Below, one piece after another: positions 1 through 10,032 of a stretch of 64,000 bases of DNA (position 1 is its first letter; each line of letters begins with the position of its first letter). The notes below the pieces were generated by a model. That model ran no database searches, was not told the origin of the DNA, and saw only the letters and a program-made list of their open reading frames with translations. The translations under genes were made by a program, and so were the position numbers. Source of the stretch: an uncultured Desulfatitalea sp. (GTDB taxonomy: Bacteria > Desulfobacterota > Desulfobacteria > Desulfobacterales > Desulfosarcinaceae); the NCBI GenBank assembly GCA_963668675.2, contig CAXXMB010000001.1, forward strand, positions 1,344,001-1,408,000, written 5' to 3'.

Positions 1-1
1 C

Positions 2-1315
2 GACCAGCTGCGCCGCCAGGCCGTTGGCGACGAGCGCGAACGCATCATCAGCATCGACGCCATCTGCCAGCGGGCCGACTGCGAAGAGCTGGCCCGAAAC
101 TTCATCACCGAAGGCACGCCCGTTGACCAGGTGCGCGAAAAGGTGATGGAGCGCGTGCTTTCAACCATCGAAAACGGCGGCGGGTACGGCCACCGCACCC
201 CCGTGGAGCTTGGCGCCGACGCCCGCGACAAGTTCCGCGCCGCAGCCGGCCACGCCATGCTCCAACGCGGCGGCGTGATCATCGCCGAGCCGGCCCCCGG
301 CACCGATGAGCTGCGCGGCTATTCGCTTCGTGAGCTGGCCCGTCACTGCCTGCGTAACGCCGGCATTTCCGACCGGGGCCATGCCATGGAGATGGTCGGT
401 CGGGCCCTGACCACCTCTGATCTTCCCTTCATCCTGGCCAACGTGGCCAACAAATCGCTGTTCGAAGGCTGGGAAGGCGCCGACGAGACCTGGCGCATCT
501 GGTGCGACGTGGGATCGGTGAGCGATTTTAAGACTCACTTCGCCCCGCGTCTGTCCGAAGGCGACGACCTGGACCAGATCCCGGACAAAGGCAAGTACAA
601 GTATGGCGAGCGCACCGAGTCCCAGGAGCAGTACAGCATCGCCACCTACGGCAAGATCGAGGCGATCACCCGCCAGACCATCATCAACGACGACCTAGAC
701 GCCCTGGTGGTCATCCCCCGCAGCCACGGCGAAATGGCCGCCCGCAAGGTGGGTGACCTGCCCTACGCCGTGCTCACCGCCAACGCGGCCATGGGCGACG
801 GCGCGGCCCTGTTCGACGCGGCCAAGCACTTCAACCAGGCGGCCACCGCCGGGGTCCCGGCCATGGAGACCATGGCCGAGTGCGACAAGCAGATGGGCAC
901 CCAGAAGGACCTGCGAGGAAAACGCCGCCTGAACATCAAGCCCCGTTACATCATCCAGCCCATGGCCCTCAAAGGCACCTCGGAGGTCTTCTTCCAGAGC
1001 GAGCGCTACGCCGATTCCGTGACCGAGGCCACCGACAGTTCACTGGCCGCCACCCGGCGCAACATTTACTCCGGCGACACCTTCCAGCGGGTCTATGACG
1101 GCCGTCTGGACGACGACAGCGAGACCGCCTGGTACGCCGCCGCCGAAAAGGGACGCCGGCGCACGGTCACCGTTTTTTTCCTCGACGGCGTGCAGGAGCC
1201 CTACATGGAGATGCAGGCCGGATGGACCGTGGACGGCGTCGAGTACAAGGTGCGCATCGATGCCGGCGCCAAGGCCATGGACTGGCGCGGCCTTTTCAAA
1301 AACGACGGCGAGTAG
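2..1315 (+). CDS. Major capsid protein, probably the C-terminal part of a protease/scaffold-capsid fusion (5' truncated by window edge)
   Basis: Frame is open from base 2; motifs TTSDLPFILANVANKSL, SVSDFK, YSIATYGK, GWTVDGVEYKVRIDAGAKAMDWRG are typical of this capsid family. Confidence 0.85.
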   Translation, partial: DQLRRQAVGDERERIISIDAICQRADCEELARNFITEGTPVDQVREKVMERVLSTIENGGGYGHRTPVELGADARDKFRAAAGHAMLQRGGVIIAEPAPGTDELRGYSLRELARHCLRNAGISDRGHAMEMVGRALTTSDLPFILANVANKSLFEGWEGADETWRIWCDVGSVSDFKTHFAPRLSEGDDLDQIPDKGKYKYGERTESQEQYSIATYGKIEAITRQTIINDDLDALVVIPRSHGEMAARKVGDLPYAVLTANAAMGDGAALFDAAKHFNQAATAGVPAMETMAECDKQMGTQKDLRGKRRLNIKPRYIIQPMALKGTSEVFFQSERYADSVTEATDSSLAATRRNIYSGDTFQRVYDGRLDDDSETAWYAAAEKGRRRTVTVFFLDGVQEPYMEMQAGWTVDGVEYKVRIDAGAKAMDWRGLFKNDGE

Positions 1316-1389
1316 GCCGATCGCAACCCCCCGGGCGGGCCTCCAGCCGGCGGTCCGCCCCATCATGAAGCAAACGGAGGAAACACACC

Positions 1390-1785
1390 ATGCAAGCATC
1401 CGGACTGGAGTCATACAAGAACGTGGCCTACTTCGAGTGGGATCATGACAAGCACGGCGGTCTCATCGGCGATACCCCCGTGGGCGGCGACGCCCTGCCG
1501 GCCGGCGCGGTCATCACCGGCGGAATGGTTTACGTGAAAAAGGGCCTGGCCGGCTCGGGCGCCTTCATGGCCGTGCGGGCCCTTGGCGTCAGCGACATCC
1601 TGGCGGCCACCGAAGTCGCCAACCTTACCGAAAACGCCCTGCTGGCCATCGCGCCGGTGCCCCAAACCGCCGGCACCTGGATCCGCCTGACAGCCAACCT
1701 GACCGCCCTGGTCTTCACCCCGTCGGTGGCGGCGATTACGGCCGGCAAAATCGTGGTCGCCCTGGAGTACTTCATCCCGGCCTAA
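1390..1785 (+). CDS. Small virion protein (possible head decoration protein)
   Basis: GGAGG RBS; directly follows capsid; beta-rich Ala/Gly composition. Confidence 0.55.
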   Translation: MQASGLESYKNVAYFEWDHDKHGGLIGDTPVGGDALPAGAVITGGMVYVKKGLAGSGAFMAVRALGVSDILAATEVANLTENALLAIAPVPQTAGTWIRLTANLTALVFTPSVAAITAGKIVVALEYFIPA

Positions 1786-1801
1786 AAGGAGCCGCCCGGA
1801 C

Positions 1802-2278
1802 ATGAACCTTTATGCTTTATACGCGGCCATTCGAGATGGCGTGGCCCAGGATGCGGAACTTGCTACCTGGGCCACCGCTCGATTTTCCAGAAGCGTGACG
1901 GTGTTCGCGGGCCTGGCCGGCAGCCGCATGCCCTACACCGACGACGATGCGCCCTTCGTGGTGCTCGGCGACCCGGCCGACCGCCGGGGCATGGAAGATA
2001 GCACCATCGATTATGAGGTATCCGGCTGGATCGGCCTGTCGTGCGGGCAGATGCGCGAAGATTCGCTCGCCAACGTGATCGAGCCGGCCGGCGTCGAGCA
2101 GATCGCCCAGGCGCTGACCCTAGTCCGCGACGCCATGCAAGCCGTGCTACCCGACGACATCGTCCTTGCGGCCTTCGAGACCGCCGCCGACACTATGGGC
2201 GCCGGCGATGAGGTCCACGGGCATTTCCAGGTTGCGCTGATCCAGCGGCTGACCCTGGGCCAACATCCGCTCGAATGA
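1802..2278 (+). CDS. Phage neck/tail-terminator-like protein
   Basis: AGGAG RBS; acidic 158 aa protein just before the tail tube (positional inference). Confidence 0.5.
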   Translation: MNLYALYAAIRDGVAQDAELATWATARFSRSVTVFAGLAGSRMPYTDDDAPFVVLGDPADRRGMEDSTIDYEVSGWIGLSCGQMREDSLANVIEPAGVEQIAQALTLVRDAMQAVLPDDIVLAAFETAADTMGAGDEVHGHFQVALIQRLTLGQHPLE

Positions 2279-2316
2279 CGCCAGAAACCAACCCTATTTA
2301 AGTAAGGACATAGACC

Positions 2317-3264
2317 ATGGCACAACAACGCGGCGCTAACGTCAAGATCGCTATCGGCTTCGAGGCCGCCTTTGCCACGCCCCCGGCCGAAGGCTTCATC
2401 CTGCCGATCAACAGCACCACCGTAAAGCCTGCCCAGACCGTCAACGCGGCCGCCACCCTCACCGGCAGCCGCAACCCGGTCCAGCCGTTCCGCGGCAATA
2501 AGGACGTGAGCGGCCAGATCGTCGTGCCGGTGGACACCCGAGCCATGTGGTACTGGCTGCGCGCCATGTTCGGTGCCCCGGTCATCACCGGATCCGCTGC
2601 GCCCTACCTGCACGAGTTCAGCGTGCCCCAGCTGCAGCCGTCGCTCACCATCGAGCAGCACATGACCGACTTGGCCGTCCCGCGCTACATCCGCTACCTG
2701 GGCTGCAAGATCGCTTCGGCCGCCATCACCGTGGGCGGCGACGGCGAGCTGGTGATGACCTTGAGCGTGGTGGGAGCGGACTTTGAAATCGCCACCAGCC
2801 CCTTTGTGGCCTCCCCTACGCAGGTTAACCTGTCCCGGGTCAACAACTTCCAGGCCGCCGTCACCGAAGGCGGCGCCGTGCTCTCCAACGCTCCCCAGAT
2901 CGAGCTCAACCTGGACATGGGCCTGGACACCGACACCTTCGTCATCGGCGGGGGCGGCGTGCGCGGCGACATCACCGAGGGCATCCTTTCGATCGGCGGA
3001 TCGTTGACCACGCTATTTAAGGACGACACCCTGCTGGTCAAGGCGATCGACGGCACCGAAAGCGCCTTGAAGCTCACCGTCACCGCCAACGCCAACAGCA
3101 TCTTCGAGCTGGAGATGCAAGAGATCGAATACGCCGTCAACGGTCCCGAGGTGCCCGGTCCCCAAGGCGTGCGCGTGACGCTCGACTTTCAGGCGTACCA
3201 CGACGACGGCGCCGCCGACTCGGCCATTGTGGCCCGTCTGACCAACGCGGACGCCCACGCATAA
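2317..3264 (+). CDS. Phage tail tube protein
   Basis: N-terminal IAIGFEAAFATPP, YLGCKI motif, 315 aa, position before chaperone and tape measure. Confidence 0.85.
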   Translation: MAQQRGANVKIAIGFEAAFATPPAEGFILPINSTTVKPAQTVNAAATLTGSRNPVQPFRGNKDVSGQIVVPVDTRAMWYWLRAMFGAPVITGSAAPYLHEFSVPQLQPSLTIEQHMTDLAVPRYIRYLGCKIASAAITVGGDGELVMTLSVVGADFEIATSPFVASPTQVNLSRVNNFQAAVTEGGAVLSNAPQIELNLDMGLDTDTFVIGGGGVRGDITEGILSIGGSLTTLFKDDTLLVKAIDGTESALKLTVTANANSIFELEMQEIEYAVNGPEVPGPQGVRVTLDFQAYHDDGAADSAIVARLTNADAHA

Positions 3265-3329
3265 GCATTTTTACTGCCAACTGTTAAGGGTCCGCCCGGG
3301 CCCTTCGCGCATCCATCAAAGGAGACATC

Positions 3330-3659
3330 ATGCGGGAAGTAAAATTGTCCAACGGCGAAACGGTCAGCGTGCGCGGCCTGCGCCGCAGCGAGATCAAATC
3401 GCTTTCCCAGTACGGCATCGGATATATGCGATGTGAAGTATACAACCTGAAAGGAGAAGATCAGGACAAGGCCATCGATGCCGTGCTGGCCACCCAGTTC
3501 AAAGAAGGCGAGCTGGAAGTGGAAAATTCTGATCTGCTCGAAGTATTCAACGCCATCTGCAAGGAGACCTGGTCATCGAGGCAAGAGGAAAAAAACTTGT
3601 CTCGGTCTGGTCCGAGCGATCAGACCGCACCCGAAGAGAGTACTGCCGAACATGCGTAG
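3330..3659 (+). CDS. Tail assembly chaperone (gpG-like)
   Basis: Follows tail tube; contains in-frame slippery heptamer A AAA AAC at 3590-3596. Confidence 0.8.
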   Translation: MREVKLSNGETVSVRGLRRSEIKSLSQYGIGYMRCEVYNLKGEDQDKAIDAVLATQFKEGELEVENSDLLEVFNAICKETWSSRQEEKNLSRSGPSDQTAPEESTAEHA

Positions 3660-4036
3660 AGACCGCAACACAGAAGGGCCGGGCCGCGCCGTGCTGCTCG
3701 TGTGCGTGGACGACATCCGCCACACCATTGCTGCCGGGCAATCGGGAGGCCCTGGATTTGTGGCTGCACGTCAACACGCAGTGGCGCGCGGCTGGCTTTG
3801 CGCTGATCGGGCTGGACTACTGCGCCGTCAAGGCCATTGCGCAGGATCTGGGCATCCAGTGGACCGCCGGACTGTGGCGCAAGATGCTGGCCCTGGAGCG
3901 GTTCGAAAAGACCCGGGAGGAAAGCGCAAATGATATCGCTCGAGGCGACGATCAAAGGATCGAAAAACGTCATCCGGGGTTTGAACCGGGCCCGGGCGCG
4001 CATGTTAAAGGCCGAAAATACCGCTGTTCGCGTTGA
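3593..4036 (+). CDS. Tail chaperone -1 frameshift extension (gpT-like, DUF1799-like)
   Basis: The -1 frame is open from the slippery site to 4036; motif LPGNREALDLW...TQWR...GLDY. Confidence 0.75.
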   Translation, partial: KLVSVWSERSDRTRREYCRTCVETATQKGRAAPCCSCAWTTSATPLLPGNREALDLWLHVNTQWRAAGFALIGLDYCAVKAIAQDLGIQWTAGLWRKMLALERFEKTREESANDIARGDDQRIEKRHPGFEPGPGAHVKGRKYRCSR

Positions 4037-4559
4037 AGGCTTTCGCCTGATGAACCTGCTGCGCCGCGAGATCCGGGCAGGGGCTCCGGGCGGGCGACAC
4101 TTTGCCAGGCTTTCCACACTGGCCCGCCGATCGGGCAGCCCGAAGCGGCTGCGCCCGGATCGTCCATTGTATGCGATGTCGTATCGCATCGGTTACGACG
4201 ATCACAACCGCGCATCGCCCGCCAAGCTTTCCATCGGGTTCGTGGGCAGGGCATCGTCTGAGACGTGGCGCAAGCTTGCCAAACTGCATCAGGAAGGGTT
4301 GACGTTCGCATCGGGCTCACGCCTTGGCACGCGCAATACGGGGATGTGGCCGCGAAAGCGCGCCTATTTTCGCTGGGTCGCATCGAAGTTATCCGCCCGG
4401 GCAACCGGAAGAAAGCATCTTTTAATTAAAAAAAGCACCCGGCAATTTTCTATCCCGCCCCGCCCCATCATCGATCCGTTCTGGCGGGCGCACCGTGCCG
4501 AAGCCCTGCGCAACATCGTAGCCAATACCCGTCGCAAGCTGCGCGGCGAAAGGATCTGA
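3930..4559 (+). CDS. Basic phage virion morphogenesis / tail completion-like protein
   Basis: GGAGG then ATG at 3930; Arg/Lys-rich; C-terminal IPPRPIIDPFW motif. Confidence 0.6.
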   Translation: MISLEATIKGSKNVIRGLNRARARMLKAENTAVRVEGFRLMNLLRREIRAGAPGGRHFARLSTLARRSGSPKRLRPDRPLYAMSYRIGYDDHNRASPAKLSIGFVGRASSETWRKLAKLHQEGLTFASGSRLGTRNTGMWPRKRAYFRWVASKLSARATGRKHLLIKKSTRQFSIPPRPIIDPFWRAHRAEALRNIVANTRRKLRGERI

Positions 4560-4562
4560 TCC

Positions 4563-6416
4563 ATGGCCGATGCCAAGCTGGAGATACTGCTGGCCGCAAA
4601 GAACACCGCCGATGCGGCGTTCGACAAGGTCAAGAATCAGATCAACGGACTGACCAAGGCATCCAACCTGCTCAAGGGAGCCTTTGCCGGCGCCCTTGCC
4701 GGCCTATCCATCGCCGGTGCCGTGCATGCGTTCAACAGCCTGACCGATTCGGCCAGCGACCTGCAAGAGACGGTCAATAAAGTACGCGAAGTCTTCGGCA
4801 GCGATCTGGCCGCAACGCTTGACCGATGGGCCGAAGGCGCCGCCGACGCCATGGGCCTTGCCAAGCAGCAGGCCTTAGAGGCCGTCGGCACCATCGGTTA
4901 CATGTTCCAGCAAATCGGCGCATCGGGGCAGCAGGCCGTCTCCACCAGCCAGGACCTGGTGCAGCTGGCCGCCGACATCGCCTCGTTCAACAACGTGGCC
5001 GGCGGCGCCAACCAGGTGCTGGCCGACATGCAATCGGCCTTTCGCGGCGAATACGACCCCATCCAGAAGTACATCGGCACCATCAACGCCGCTGCCGTCG
5101 AGCAGGAGGCCCTGGCCCGCACCGGCAAAAAGAGCAACAAAGAGCTGACCCAACTGGACAAAACCATGGCCGCCGTGGCCGTGATCACCCGTGATGCAGG
5201 GGTTGCCGCCGGAGACTATGCGCGCACCAGCGGATCGCTGGCCAATCAGCAGCGCGAGCTCGATGCCCGGATGGAAAACTTGCGGGCGACGATCGGAACG
5301 CACTTGATCCCCGCCAAGACCGCCCTGATCACCAAACTCAACGAGTGGATCGAGAAAAACGGCGATCTTTTAGCCCAGGACATGGCCACATGGGTGTCGA
5401 ACTTTGCGGATAACTTGAATAGCCTTGCCAACGCCGCGGCAGCGGTGCTCAACGGCCTTGCCGGCATCGCCAAGTACGCAGGCCTGCGAAGTGTCCAGGG
5501 AACCTTTGCCCAGGCCGTTGAACTGAGCAATAAAGGCTACCTCGACTTGACCGAGTTTGCCCGCCTCGGCCTGCTTGAGCGCCAGCGCCTCGTTGACGAT
5601 ATTCTGGCCAAGCAGGCGATGATCGACGCCGTGCCGGGATACTCTGCAGATGATTTTGCCAGTGCGGAAGCCTCTATCCCTAAAACCGCGCCATCACTGC
5701 CATCACCGGGTGGTCAAACCACGCCCGGACTGCTGCAACCGCGCCTGCCTTCCCCACCGCAGCTATCAACCCCCTACGAGGGCGACCTTACCGATTGGCT
5801 TCTTCTCACCGGCCCTGACAGCGATGCGGACCAGGCCTATCGGGAAATAGAAGAGATGATCCAACGCCGCAACGAGCTGTTCGAACAGGGCAACCGGGAA
5901 CTGACCGAGATCAGCCAGCACACCGCCGAGCAGATGCAAAGCGCGCTGAGCGATTTTTTCTTCGATGCCATCACCGGGGAGTTGAAGACCTTCGAGGATT
6001 ACTGGCGCTCGTTCTGGCAATCCATGGCGCGCATGGCCTCGGAAGCCATCGCCCAGATCCTGATCCAACAGGCTCTCGGGCAGTCCGCCAGCAACAGCGG
6101 CGGCAGCGGCGGGGGCGGATGGATCGGCGCCCTGGCCAACCTGGCGGTCAACCTGGCCACGCGAGACAGTGGCGGCCCCGTTGCGCCTGGGGGGATGTAC
6201 GAAATCGGGGTGCCGGAGATCCTGCACTCCGGGGGCAAGCAGTACTTGATGATGGGGGGCAACCAGGGCGGCTACGTTGAGCCTCTGAATGAAGGCGGCC
6301 AGGGAGGACAAAACATCCGCATCATCAATGCCGTGGACCCGTCCCTTGTAGAGGAGTGGGCCAACTCTCCATCGGGCGAACAGGTGATTATGAACATCAT
6401 CAGAAGGAACCAGTAG
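4563..6416 (+). CDS. Tail tape measure protein
   Basis: Ala-rich helical 617 aa protein; C-terminal RDSGGPV...EIGVPE motif. Confidence 0.9.
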   Translation: MADAKLEILLAAKNTADAAFDKVKNQINGLTKASNLLKGAFAGALAGLSIAGAVHAFNSLTDSASDLQETVNKVREVFGSDLAATLDRWAEGAADAMGLAKQQALEAVGTIGYMFQQIGASGQQAVSTSQDLVQLAADIASFNNVAGGANQVLADMQSAFRGEYDPIQKYIGTINAAAVEQEALARTGKKSNKELTQLDKTMAAVAVITRDAGVAAGDYARTSGSLANQQRELDARMENLRATIGTHLIPAKTALITKLNEWIEKNGDLLAQDMATWVSNFADNLNSLANAAAAVLNGLAGIAKYAGLRSVQGTFAQAVELSNKGYLDLTEFARLGLLERQRLVDDILAKQAMIDAVPGYSADDFASAEASIPKTAPSLPSPGGQTTPGLLQPRLPSPPQLSTPYEGDLTDWLLLTGPDSDADQAYREIEEMIQRRNELFEQGNRELTEISQHTAEQMQSALSDFFFDAITGELKTFEDYWRSFWQSMARMASEAIAQILIQQALGQSASNSGGSGGGGWIGALANLAVNLATRDSGGPVAPGGMYEIGVPEILHSGGKQYLMMGGNQGGYVEPLNEGGQGGQNIRIINAVDPSLVEEWANSPSGEQVIMNIIRRNQ

Positions 6417-6417
6417 C

Positions 6418-7353
6418 ATGGCCGTCCAGACCGGCACCGCAACCGACTACCTTGATCTGCTCGATGCGCTGCGCACCTTCATGCTGGCCAACGGCTGGAC
6501 GTCGCTCAGGTGGAGCGGGGCCAGCGAGTTTATCGCCGTGGGCGAGGGCCTGGGGGCAACGGATGAGATCTACGTCGGCATCAATGGCGAAGAAAATTCC
6601 GGAGAGGACTGGTTCAACTGGCAGTTAAACGGCATGACCGGCTTTGAGTCCGGCTTGGATTTCAATGCCCAGCCAGGCAACATCGGAAACAGCCTGGCCG
6701 CTAATCTTCCGCGCATGCACCTTTGGAACAGCTCGATTCCCTATTGGTTCGTGGTCAATGCACGGCGGGTGATCGTGGTGGCCAAGATCTCAACGGTCTA
6801 CCAGCTCGGCTACCTGGGCTGGATCAACCCCTATCTTCCGGCCGTCAATATGCCCTACCCCATGCTCATCGCCGGCACCTCCACGGCCAGCAATGGATCG
6901 CGCTGGAGCCACGTGCACGACACCCACTCGTTCGGCGTGATGCAGCCGGTGTGCGCCAACGGATCGAGCACGGAAAACACCATCCTGACCAACCCGCGCT
7001 CTTCTGCCCGGTTCTGGTTCGGTGAGTGGCATGGCGTTCAGAACTACTACAACAGCTCGCTATCCAATGCCACGCGCTGGAAAACCATCTGGCCCTATGT
7101 CACCCGCAGCGGACCGCACTTTTCAAGCATGCGTACCAACCCGGTCGACGCCGGCTATGTGCTCACGCCGGTGATCGTCAATTTTACTTCACCATCGAAG
7201 TATGTCTTTGGCGAGCTGGACGGTATCTTTCACGTCTCCGGGTTTTCCAACGCGGCCGAAAACATCATCACCATCGGCGCTGACGACTACCTGGTGGTGC
7301 AAAACGTCTACCGCAACACGATCGGCGATTATTGCGCCGTGAAGCTGGCTTAA
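6418..7353 (+). CDS. Virion structural (tail) protein
   Basis: TGTATDYLDLL start, IPYWFVVNARRVIVVAK, GELDG motifs as in transposable-siphophage tail modules. Confidence 0.75.
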   Translation: MAVQTGTATDYLDLLDALRTFMLANGWTSLRWSGASEFIAVGEGLGATDEIYVGINGEENSGEDWFNWQLNGMTGFESGLDFNAQPGNIGNSLAANLPRMHLWNSSIPYWFVVNARRVIVVAKISTVYQLGYLGWINPYLPAVNMPYPMLIAGTSTASNGSRWSHVHDTHSFGVMQPVCANGSSTENTILTNPRSSARFWFGEWHGVQNYYNSSLSNATRWKTIWPYVTRSGPHFSSMRTNPVDAGYVLTPVIVNFTSPSKYVFGELDGIFHVSGFSNAAENIITIGADDYLVVQNVYRNTIGDYCAVKLA

Positions 7354-7363
7354 AGGGGGGCCA

Positions 7364-8368
7364 ATGGACTACGAAACCGGTTCGGCCACCGATGCCCACG
7401 ACATGCTGGACAAGATCCGGACCTTTCTGGTTGCAAACGGCTGGACCCAGAACGGTTACGTCTCTGAGACCTACGGCTATCGTCTTCACCTGAACAAGGG
7501 CCCCCTTTATATCAACATGTTTTCTGGCATCGCCACAGATCCGATATCCGGCAATACGTGGTATTCGACCACCTACCGCATGAGCGGCATTGCGGTTTCA
7601 CCGTCCACCGGCTTCAACGCCTCGCCGACCGGGGCAAAAGCGTGGAAGAACATGCCCGGCGCACCGGTCCATGATCCATCCTATTTCGATTATGCCGATG
7701 ACATTTTCGGGTGTGCGGTGGCGGATATGACCGGCGCGGTGATCAGCTATCATCTTGTGGCCGACGGCGATCAGTTCATTGCGGCCATGGAGATCTCCAC
7801 GGGTGTCTATCGCTGGATCGCCTTCGGATTGCTCGATGCCTACGGCAGCATCGGATCCTCGCCCAACGGGTTTTACGTGAGCACCAGTTCGTGCATGGGT
7901 GGATCCAGCTCGAGCGGCCTCGGTTACGAAGAGCTTCGCCGCATCTTCGCCCACATGCGCTCTTCCGACACATCCTATCCAAACGCCACGGTGCGCTTCA
8001 ATGATGGTTGGGCTGTGCCCGGCGGCAATCCGGTCGGCGATGTCGCCCAGCCCATATCGGCCATCGGGTACGGGTACACGCCATATCAGGATACCTCCAT
8101 AACCTGGGGCGCGATGCACGGATTGCTTTCTTCCATGCCGGCGGACATCGGCGGGCTTTCTCCCTTGCTTCCGGCCCAGATCGGTGTGGTCTACTCCGGC
8201 AACCCGGTACCGATTGGGCACTTCGGCCTGGCCCGCATTACCCACATGGACGGCTTTTCAGTGGGGCAGTCAATCACTGTCGGAAGTGAAGACTTCGTGG
8301 TGCTGCCATGCAACAACGCCGATTTTGACTACCCCTACGCCATTGCTATCAGGGTGACGGGCGCATGA
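7364..8368 (+). CDS. Virion structural (tail) protein, probable distant paralog of the preceding gene
   Basis: Similar N-terminus (YETGSATDAHDMLDKIRTFLVANGWT vs QTGTATDYLDLLDALRTFMLANGWT). Confidence 0.7.
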   Translation: MDYETGSATDAHDMLDKIRTFLVANGWTQNGYVSETYGYRLHLNKGPLYINMFSGIATDPISGNTWYSTTYRMSGIAVSPSTGFNASPTGAKAWKNMPGAPVHDPSYFDYADDIFGCAVADMTGAVISYHLVADGDQFIAAMEISTGVYRWIAFGLLDAYGSIGSSPNGFYVSTSSCMGGSSSSGLGYEELRRIFAHMRSSDTSYPNATVRFNDGWAVPGGNPVGDVAQPISAIGYGYTPYQDTSITWGAMHGLLSSMPADIGGLSPLLPAQIGVVYSGNPVPIGHFGLARITHMDGFSVGQSITVGSEDFVVLPCNNADFDYPYAIAIRVTGA

Positions 8369-10032
8369 GCATCATCGCCGAACAGATCATCGCCTACTAT
8401 ATCGGTTTCCCGACATGGACGCCGGTGGCCACAGTGCCGCAAACGCCTTTTGGCGCACCTGTGGCCGGATCTGGCGCCAAAACCGACACCCAGCCGGTGG
8501 CCGAGATCGGCGCGGCCAAAAGCGGTGTGCACGCGGCCTCCTGGGGAGATTTGTACTTCGGCTGGGTGCACCTGGTACCGAGCAGATTCGAGTTCAGTTT
8601 TCTACTGTCGCGCCGGGAAGATACCGTGCTGGTCTGCAATGCCCACTTGACCGACGATCGCACACTGATCTCGATCGATCTGACCAACACGGGCGGCATG
8701 ACGATTGATGCCGGAACGTTGCCAGAGACCATCGAGCCGCTGAAAGACCTGGTGGCCACGATCTCAACCGAGATGGCCGGCCCGGCCTATATCGATGCGG
8801 TTTTCACATTCAACTTCGACGACGACCAGGCGCCCGAGATCGCCTGCACGGGCACGCGCAGCATGCTCTTTGCCTTCCGCCCGATGGAGGGCCTCAAGGA
8901 GGTGCTGGCCTGGCTCACCGACGTAAATGAAGCCTACGACGGCAGCGAAGCGCGCGAGCAGGTCCGTATCGCGCCGCGCCAGAGTTTTCAGGGTAATTAC
9001 CGGGTGGTCGGTGCAAACGGCCGCGCATCGTTGCGGGCGTTAATAGCGGGCTGGCAGATGCGCTACTTCGGCTATCCGGTATGGGCCGAAGCGGTGGCTG
9101 TCGGTGAGGTGGAACAAGACGATCAATGGATCGGGTTCGATACGGCCTATGCCGACTACAAGGCCGGCGGCTTCTGCCTGATCATGGGATCGGGCTGGGA
9201 CGATTGTGAGCTTGCGGGCATCCTGGATGTGCAGCCCGACGGTCTGACCCTCGCTCTACCGGTGGCGGCAAATTATCCGCGCGCAGCGGTCATGCCGGTG
9301 CGCATCGCGCGCATGGACGGTACACCCAAATATGAGGAGACGGCCACCCATACCGAGGCCCAGCTCGGTTTTGCCGTGGAGGATAACGACCCGGTGGATT
9401 CTTCGGCATCGGCGGTTCTGTACAAGGGGTTCGATACCCTGCTCACACCGTACGGTGCGCCCGGGCAGGTAGCAGCGCGGCACATGATCCGGCCGGCGGA
9501 GATGATCGACGGCCAGACCGGCAAGGTGCTGGTCGATCCGCGCGGCGATTGGGGTCGCTTATCCTTCGATGAGGCGCACTTTAACCCCCACGATCGGGCC
9601 GAGGCCTGGGCGTACCGCCAATGGCTGCACCGCCGATCGGGGCGCTTTCGCCCGGTGTGGGTACCGACCTTTGAGCGCGATGTGGAACTGGCGGCAGGTT
9701 TTTCGGCCGAAGAGACGGTGCTGGTCATTTACCCGGTCTTTTACTCCCAGATGAGCTTTGACAGCCCGCAGTTCGGTCACCTGGCGTTTTTCCGAACCGA
9801 CGGGCAGATCTATATGCGCGAGGTGGTCAACGCCCAGGAGGTGGGCGATACGGAGTGGATCACCATCGATGCGGCCCTCGGGTTTGCCGGCGGTGATGCG
9901 GACTTTACCTGTATATCTTTTATGCCCTTGTGCCGCCTGGCGGCCGATCGCGTGGAGATCGAGTGGTCGCGCTCCGGCTGCTGCCAGTCGGCCGTGGGCC
10001 TGGTGGGATTGGATCCGGACAGTGAAAGTTGA
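8365..10032 (+). CDS. Phage distal tail / tail protein
   Basis: ATGA overlap; E-x-L-x-W-L-T-D and RxAPRQSF motifs; GRFRPVWVP. Confidence 0.7.
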   Translation: MSIIAEQIIAYYIGFPTWTPVATVPQTPFGAPVAGSGAKTDTQPVAEIGAAKSGVHAASWGDLYFGWVHLVPSRFEFSFLLSRREDTVLVCNAHLTDDRTLISIDLTNTGGMTIDAGTLPETIEPLKDLVATISTEMAGPAYIDAVFTFNFDDDQAPEIACTGTRSMLFAFRPMEGLKEVLAWLTDVNEAYDGSEAREQVRIAPRQSFQGNYRVVGANGRASLRALIAGWQMRYFGYPVWAEAVAVGEVEQDDQWIGFDTAYADYKAGGFCLIMGSGWDDCELAGILDVQPDGLTLALPVAANYPRAAVMPVRIARMDGTPKYEETATHTEAQLGFAVEDNDPVDSSASAVLYKGFDTLLTPYGAPGQVAARHMIRPAEMIDGQTGKVLVDPRGDWGRLSFDEAHFNPHDRAEAWAYRQWLHRRSGRFRPVWVPTFERDVELAAGFSAEETVLVIYPVFYSQMSFDSPQFGHLAFFRTDGQIYMREVVNAQEVGDTEWITIDAALGFAGGDADFTCISFMPLCRLAADRVEIEWSRSGCCQSAVGLVGLDPDSES

